This document shows positions 15,036 to 17,753 of a stretch of DNA of 17,753 bases, piece by piece (positions within the stretch are counted from its first letter, which is position 1; every line of letters starts with the position of its first letter). Below the pieces are notes generated by a model. That model searched no databases, was not told the origin of the DNA, and saw nothing but the letters and a program-made list of their open reading frames with translations. Source of the DNA: a virus; IMG/VR virus record IMGVR_UViG_3300035678_000011, one strand, 5' to 3'. Both the position numbers and the translations under genes were made by a program.

Positions 15036-15317
15036 TCACCACCTTGTCACGGGCACGGCCGGCGGATCGGCCGTGCCGCTCGGGTCGCCCAGATGCAGGT
15101 TGCACGGGGCGCACGCTGCCTGTAGATGGTCGGGCTGGTCGGTCTTGCAGCCGTGGCACCCGGTCTTGCCGTGCATGTGGTGCACGTGCATCGGGTCGGA
15201 TTGCCCGACGCACGTGCCCTCGATCTTGAGCTGACAGGCGTGGCCATCGCGCTGCAGCACGAGAGCGCGGCGCCGCCGCCACGCTCTCGTGCTGCCTGCT
15301 GCCCACCCTGCGCTCAT
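15036..15317 (-). CDS. HNH endonuclease (93 aa)
   Basis: Sequence: ..RRRALVLQRDGHACQLKIEGTCVG..MHVHHMHGKTGCHGC..DHLQAACAPCNLHLG. This is an HNH/zinc-finger core. It lies upstream of the terminase genes, as in HNH-dependent cos packaging modules. Confidence 0.85.
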   Translation of the reverse strand: MSAGWAAGSTRAWRRRRALVLQRDGHACQLKIEGTCVGQSDPMHVHHMHGKTGCHGCKTDQPDHLQAACAPCNLHLGDPSGTADPPAVPVTRW

Positions 15318-15418
15318 GTACTCAGTGTGGGCAGTCCGGGCCGCCGGATGCCGTGCCGCTCGAGCCAGGCCACGGCGGCGCGGATCCCTGGCTCGGTGCC
15401 GTCGCTGATCAGCTTCAT
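15314..15418 (-). CDS. Tentative mini-protein (34 aa)
   Basis: ATG 15418 and stop 15314-15316 both sit in ATGA overlaps with neighbouring genes. Sequence: MKLISDGTEPGIRAAVAWLERHGIRRPGLPTLST. Third positions are G/C-rich. Confidence 0.45.
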   Translation of the reverse strand: MKLISDGTEPGIRAAVAWLERHGIRRPGLPTLST

Positions 15419-15762
15419 GAGCGGTGCGCCCCGTCGTGACCGCGCTCCCGGCTGCACCTGGTCGTCACCAGCTTGCCGCTGCGCGAGAACGGCATCCCGC
15501 ACGGCGCCATCATCGGCGAGGCGCGCAGCGCGCTCGAGTTCAGCACCTCGGTCCGGGCCGCCTCCGCCTCAGGCGTGCTGTCCAGGATCGGCAGCTCATG
15601 CGCGCTCTGATTCCAGGCCACCTGCGCGCCCTGCTGCACGGCGTTGGTCATGTCCAGCTCAGCCAGGGCGCCAGCCAGCGCACGAGCCAAGATCCAGTTG
15701 TGGTCGATTACCGCGCGTTTGGTCCGCTCTGCGAGCAGCATGTACAGGGTTGAATCGGGCAT
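15415..15762 (-). CDS. Hypothetical protein (115 aa), first gene of the late coupled operon
   Basis: ATG 15762 is preceded by GAGAGGTGA 5-6 nt upstream. Sequence: MPDSTLYMLLAERTKRAVIDHNWILARALAGALAELDMTNAVQQGAQVAWNQ... Third positions are nearly all G/C. The upstream 153 codons of track ORF 15415..16221 lack that bias. Confidence 0.65.
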   Translation of the reverse strand: MPDSTLYMLLAERTKRAVIDHNWILARALAGALAELDMTNAVQQGAQVAWNQSAHELPILDSTPEAEAARTEVLNSSALRASPMMAPCGMPFSRSGKLVTTRCSRERGHDGAHRS

Positions 15763-16376
15763 TTGATCACCTCTCGATGGGAGCGGTTGGTGGATGGTGC
15801 ACCCCACCCCTGCAAGACCAATTTCCGCACGCAGCGGTGGTCCGGCAGGGGTGGTGAGAGCTCTCGACGGTCGGGCAGTCCGGACGTACGCAGAGCCCAC
15901 GCACGTCGCATTACTGACGAGCCAGGGCGGGGTATGTCGGCGGCTCTCACCGCGCCGGCCGCACCCTGGCCGTGGCTTGGTCGCAAATCGCGGCCAGGGT
16001 GCGGAGCCTTCCGGCGCGGACCGCTCTGCGCGGTGCACGTTGGGCCTGACGTGTTCCGCTGCACCCCTCGCGAGGTGCGCAACACGTGCTCGGCCGCCGA
16101 CTCCAATACGCGTGATTCGTGCATTCACAGGGACGCGCGGCAAAGGGACGTTGTGCGTTCGCTTCCCAGCGATCACGCGGTTGATAAGCCTGCTCCGCGT
16201 TTCGCGCCCAACGGATTGCAAGTCCGTTTTTCGCCATATGAGGATGATCTACGGCGATGCGGGCGGCAGACAGTTTGTCCGGTAGCCTGACACCTGGATT
16301 TGTTTTGGCGCTGTCATCGTGAACGCTCGGCCCCGGGTTTGCAAGGCCCCGGCCGAGCGTTTCGCGTTTTACGCTC
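15763..16376. other. 614-nt non-coding, hairpin-rich region (candidate ori / packaging site / ncRNA locus)
   Basis: No frame on either strand shows the G/C third-position bias seen in every other gene, and all track ORFs here are Arg-rich. It contains a 12-bp-stem hairpin (15961-15972/15991-16002), palindromes gagagctctc (15856-15865) and gtccggac, and repeated motifs (see findings). Confidence 0.6.
16322..16361. terminator. Strong hairpin directly downstream of the Cys-rich gene; U-tract only on the plus strand
   Basis: aacgctcggcc (16322-16332) pairs with ggccgagcgtt (16351-16361), an 11-bp stem, with a further 3 bp possible. On the plus strand it is followed by tcgcgtttta. On the minus strand it lies 16 nt after the stop at 16377. 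Confidence 0.55.
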
Positions 16377-16559
16377 TCAGCGAACATGTGCGTTGTGCGA
16401 CCGGCAGTACCGGGTCGCGGTGCAGTGCTCGCAGATGGTGGCGACCAGCCACACCCGCGGTCGGGTGCAGCCGGCGGCCGGGTCGTGCCGGTTGCTGCAG
16501 TCGCCGCACACCGGCCAGCCGAGCGAGCGTTGGTCGCGCTTGCCGAACTGTCTAGGCAC
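16377..16559 (-). CDS. Small Cys-rich protein (60 aa) with CxxC...CxxCx5C spacing (WhiB-like flavour, truncated)
   Basis: Sequence: VPRQFGKRDQRSLGWPVCGDCSNRHDPAAGCTRPRVWLVATICEHCTATRYCRSHNAHVR. GTG 16559 overlaps the HTH gene end by 8 nt. Third positions are strongly G/C. Confidence 0.6.
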   Translation of the reverse strand: MPRQFGKRDQRSLGWPVCGDCSNRHDPAAGCTRPRVWLVATICEHCTATRYCRSHNAHVR

Positions 16560-16761
16560 GGCCGGCCACCACCGCGCGTGCCTCCCGTAGCCGGATCACC
16601 TCGGCGCGCCAGAACACGCGGATGTTGCCGATCTTGTAGTCGCCGAGCGAGCCGCGGGCCACCATGTCGTAGAGCGTGGCCCGGGACACCCCGAGCATCG
16701 CCGCGGTCTGTTTCGCGTCGCACCATGCGTCCGGGTTGGGTAGATCAAGTGTTGCTTGCAT
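16552..16761 (-). CDS. Helix-turn-helix DNA-binding protein, MerR/excisionase (HTH_17)-like, 69 aa
   Basis: Start ATG 16761 (MQATLDLPNPDAWCDAKQTAAMLGVSRATLYDMVARGSLGDYKIGNIRVFWRAEVIRLRE..) is the classic Xis/AlpA-type winged HTH pattern. The upstream 74 codons of track ORF 16552..16983 overlap the divergent gene and are discarded. Confidence 0.8.
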   Translation of the reverse strand: MQATLDLPNPDAWCDAKQTAAMLGVSRATLYDMVARGSLGDYKIGNIRVFWRAEVIRLREARAVVAGRA

Positions 16762-16764
16762 ACG

Positions 16765-16792
16765 CACATCTTGCGGTCGACCGGACGATGTG
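16765..16792. promoter_or_regulatory. 28-bp imperfect palindrome (candidate operator) in the 45-bp divergent intergenic region
   Basis: cacatcttgCGGTCGACCGgacgatgtg: 12 of 14 half-site positions are self-complementary. The core is the perfect 10-bp palindrome cggtcgaccg (16774-16783). Confidence 0.5.
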
Positions 16793-16796
16793 TCAA
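16768..16796 (-). promoter_or_regulatory. Candidate promoter of the HTH gene (leaderless-type)
   Basis: The minus strand has TTGACA (16796..16791), a 17-nt spacer, CAAGAT (16773..16768), then 6 nt to ATG 16761. A mirror-image TTGCGG (16771-16776) / CAACCT (16794-16799) pair sits 7 nt before ATG 16807 on the plus strand. Confidence 0.35.
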
Positions 16797-16806
16797 CCTG
16801 GTCGGC

Positions 16807-17238
16807 ATGACGCACGCCGAAATGAGAGACCGTCCCGTAGACCTGACTACCGAAGAGGCCGTCCGGAGCCCGGAGCGCCGCAGGCGCATCGGCATGGCCC
16901 ACGACGAAGCAAGGCATGACGCCGCAGCGCGGGAGCTCGAGCAGCGCATCCCGGGCCGCGCGCAGATCATCGCCGCGGTCCACGCCTACGCCGACTTCCT
17001 AGCCGAGCACCCCGAAATCCCCGCGCCGAGCACGGTCACGGGCACTTTCCACCAGCACGAGCCGCGCGAGGATGCCGGCCGGGTTGCCTACGTCGAGCGG
17101 TACGCCGACGCTCAGGAGATCGAGCTCGACCGCGGTGACACCTCGATGTGGGCCCGGCTGCCCATCGCCGTGAAGGTCCTGCACGGGGTCGAGATCACCC
17201 ACGTCGTGCAGACGCACCACGGCCGTACGCCGCTGTGA
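16807..17238 (+). CDS. Hypothetical protein (143 aa), first gene of plus-strand module
   Basis: First ATG after the divergent region, with no SD (consistent with a leaderless mRNA). G/C third-position bias runs through to TGA 17236-17238. No family recognised. The start could instead be ATG 16822. Confidence 0.65.
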   Translation: MTHAEMRDRPVDLTTEEAVRSPERRRRIGMAHDEARHDAAARELEQRIPGRAQIIAAVHAYADFLAEHPEIPAPSTVTGTFHQHEPREDAGRVAYVERYADAQEIELDRGDTSMWARLPIAVKVLHGVEITHVVQTHHGRTPL

Positions 17239-17693
17239 GCGGTGAGCACCGGGCGCCCGGACAGCTGTTCCGGGCGCCGGGCGGCCGGGCGGGCCAGCCG
17301 GACGGGCGGCACACCGCGGAATACGTCGCTCGCAACGGCGTCGGCATCGTCGGCATGTACCCCGCGGGGGCGGCCGGCCGGGTGTCGCTCGCCGAGCACC
17401 TCGCCGACCCGAACCCGGACCGCGGCGGCCGATTCGATCCCCTCCCAGGAAGGCAGGACATGACCCATCATCGTCCCGAATATGTGCCGGTCGAGGCGCA
17501 TTACGTCAACCCGCCCGGGGCGCCGCCGCGCGCCCGCCGGGCTGTGATCACCACCGCGGCGCTGCTGGTCGCGATCGCCGCGGCCGCGGTCACGTTCACG
17601 CTGTGCACGGGCTGGCTGGCCAGCCAGCCGCCGCAGCCCGCGATCATGGTCACGCCCAGCACGTACGGGCCGCCGCCGACCGGGGGCCGATGA
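17235..17693 (+). CDS. Membrane-anchored hypothetical protein (152 aa; alternative start ATG 17460 giving 77 aa)
   Basis: GTG 17235-17237 overlaps the upstream TGA (GTGA), and the frame keeps G/C-rich third positions from there. The alternative ATG 17460 has a GGAAGG SD 6 nt upstream. One TM helix (AVITTAALLVAIAAAAVTFTLCTGWLA). The stop overlaps the next ATG (ATGA at 17690-17693). Confidence 0.6.
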   Translation: MSGEHRAPGQLFRAPGGRAGQPDGRHTAEYVARNGVGIVGMYPAGAAGRVSLAEHLADPNPDRGGRFDPLPGRQDMTHHRPEYVPVEAHYVNPPGAPPRARRAVITTAALLVAIAAAAVTFTLCTGWLASQPPQPAIMVTPSTYGPPPTGGR

Positions 17694-17753
17694 TGGCCGA
17701 GCCGATGGACTTCACCGTGGTCGGCCCGGACGGCGACGGCGACACCTGGTTTG
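17627..17753. repeat. Exact 127-bp terminal direct repeat, right copy (identical to 1..127)
   Basis: See left copy. Bases 17690..17753 are a truncated duplicate of the start of CDS 64..423. Confidence 0.97.

Noticed and set aside
14863-15306. 147-aa track ORF 14863..15306 and 84-aa ORF 14669..14923 as full-length genes
   Set aside because: Their 5' portions overlap the HNH gene or the neighbouring small gene in other frames and are Arg-rich. Only the 3' parts, starting at ATG 15033 and ATG 14866, show coding bias and coupled starts.
16211-16227. tRNA-like anticodon stem-loop ACGGA-TTGCAAG-TCCGT (would be GCA/Cys on plus, UGC/Ala on minus)
   Set aside because: The flanking sequence offers no GTTC-type T-arm, D-arm or acceptor-stem pairing on either strand. 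It is treated as a plain hairpin.
15763-16290. Track ORFs inside the non-coding island (15763..16290 +, 15794..16285 +, 15708..16124 -, 15947..16726 -, and the 5' part of 15415..16221 -)
   Set aside because: All are Arg/Pro/Gly-rich, have mixed third-position composition, lack SDs and overlap one another. None resembles a protein family.
16552-16761. Interpreting the HTH_17 protein as an excisionase marking an integrative element with attP
   Set aside because: No integrase or other recombinase and no obvious att-like or dif-like site were found anywhere in the 17.6-kb unit. It is called a generic regulator instead.
16762-16983. N-terminal extension of the HTH gene (track ORF 16552..16983) and TTG start 16756 of ORF 16756..17238
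   Set aside because: The two extensions would overlap each other head-on across the divergent region. The recognisable HTH domain starts at ATG 16761, and the plus gene has a clean ATG at 16807.
1-17753. CRISPR arrays, rRNA/tRNA genes, transposase/IS elements, tandem repeats
   Set aside because: No spaced direct-repeat array, no RNA gene signatures and no transposase-like ORF were seen. The only sizeable repeat is the 127-bp end duplication.

Overview
The window holds one complete, circularly closed copy of a very GC-rich, gene-dense small tailed-phage genome, probably from an Actinomycetota host. Bases 1-127 repeat exactly at 17627-17753, giving a unit length of 17,626 bp. Nearly everything is on the minus strand, in this order: an HTH regulator and a Cys-rich protein (16761->16377); a 614-nt non-coding block; then a single tightly coupled late operon (15762->1052). 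That operon encodes small Cys-rich proteins, an HNH endonuclease, a DNA methyltransferase, TerS, TerL, one 1037-codon portal-protease-major capsid fusion ORF, head-tail joining genes, the major tail protein, frameshifted tail chaperones, a short tape measure, two tail-tip proteins, a holin-like protein and an M15-type endolysin. A short plus-strand module of about six small genes (16807->915 across the junction) diverges from the HTH gene at a palindromic operator. It converges on the endolysin at a 16-bp-stem terminator. I recognised no integrase, replication, partition or tRNA genes and no CRISPR array. The most notable points are the triple portal/protease/capsid fusion with an internal SD+GTG, a +1-frame chaperone extension, a displaced gp10-like gene, a structured 0.6-kb non-coding region, and an unusual density of zinc-ribbon-like mini-proteins. 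All family calls come from reading motifs by eye; no searches were run.
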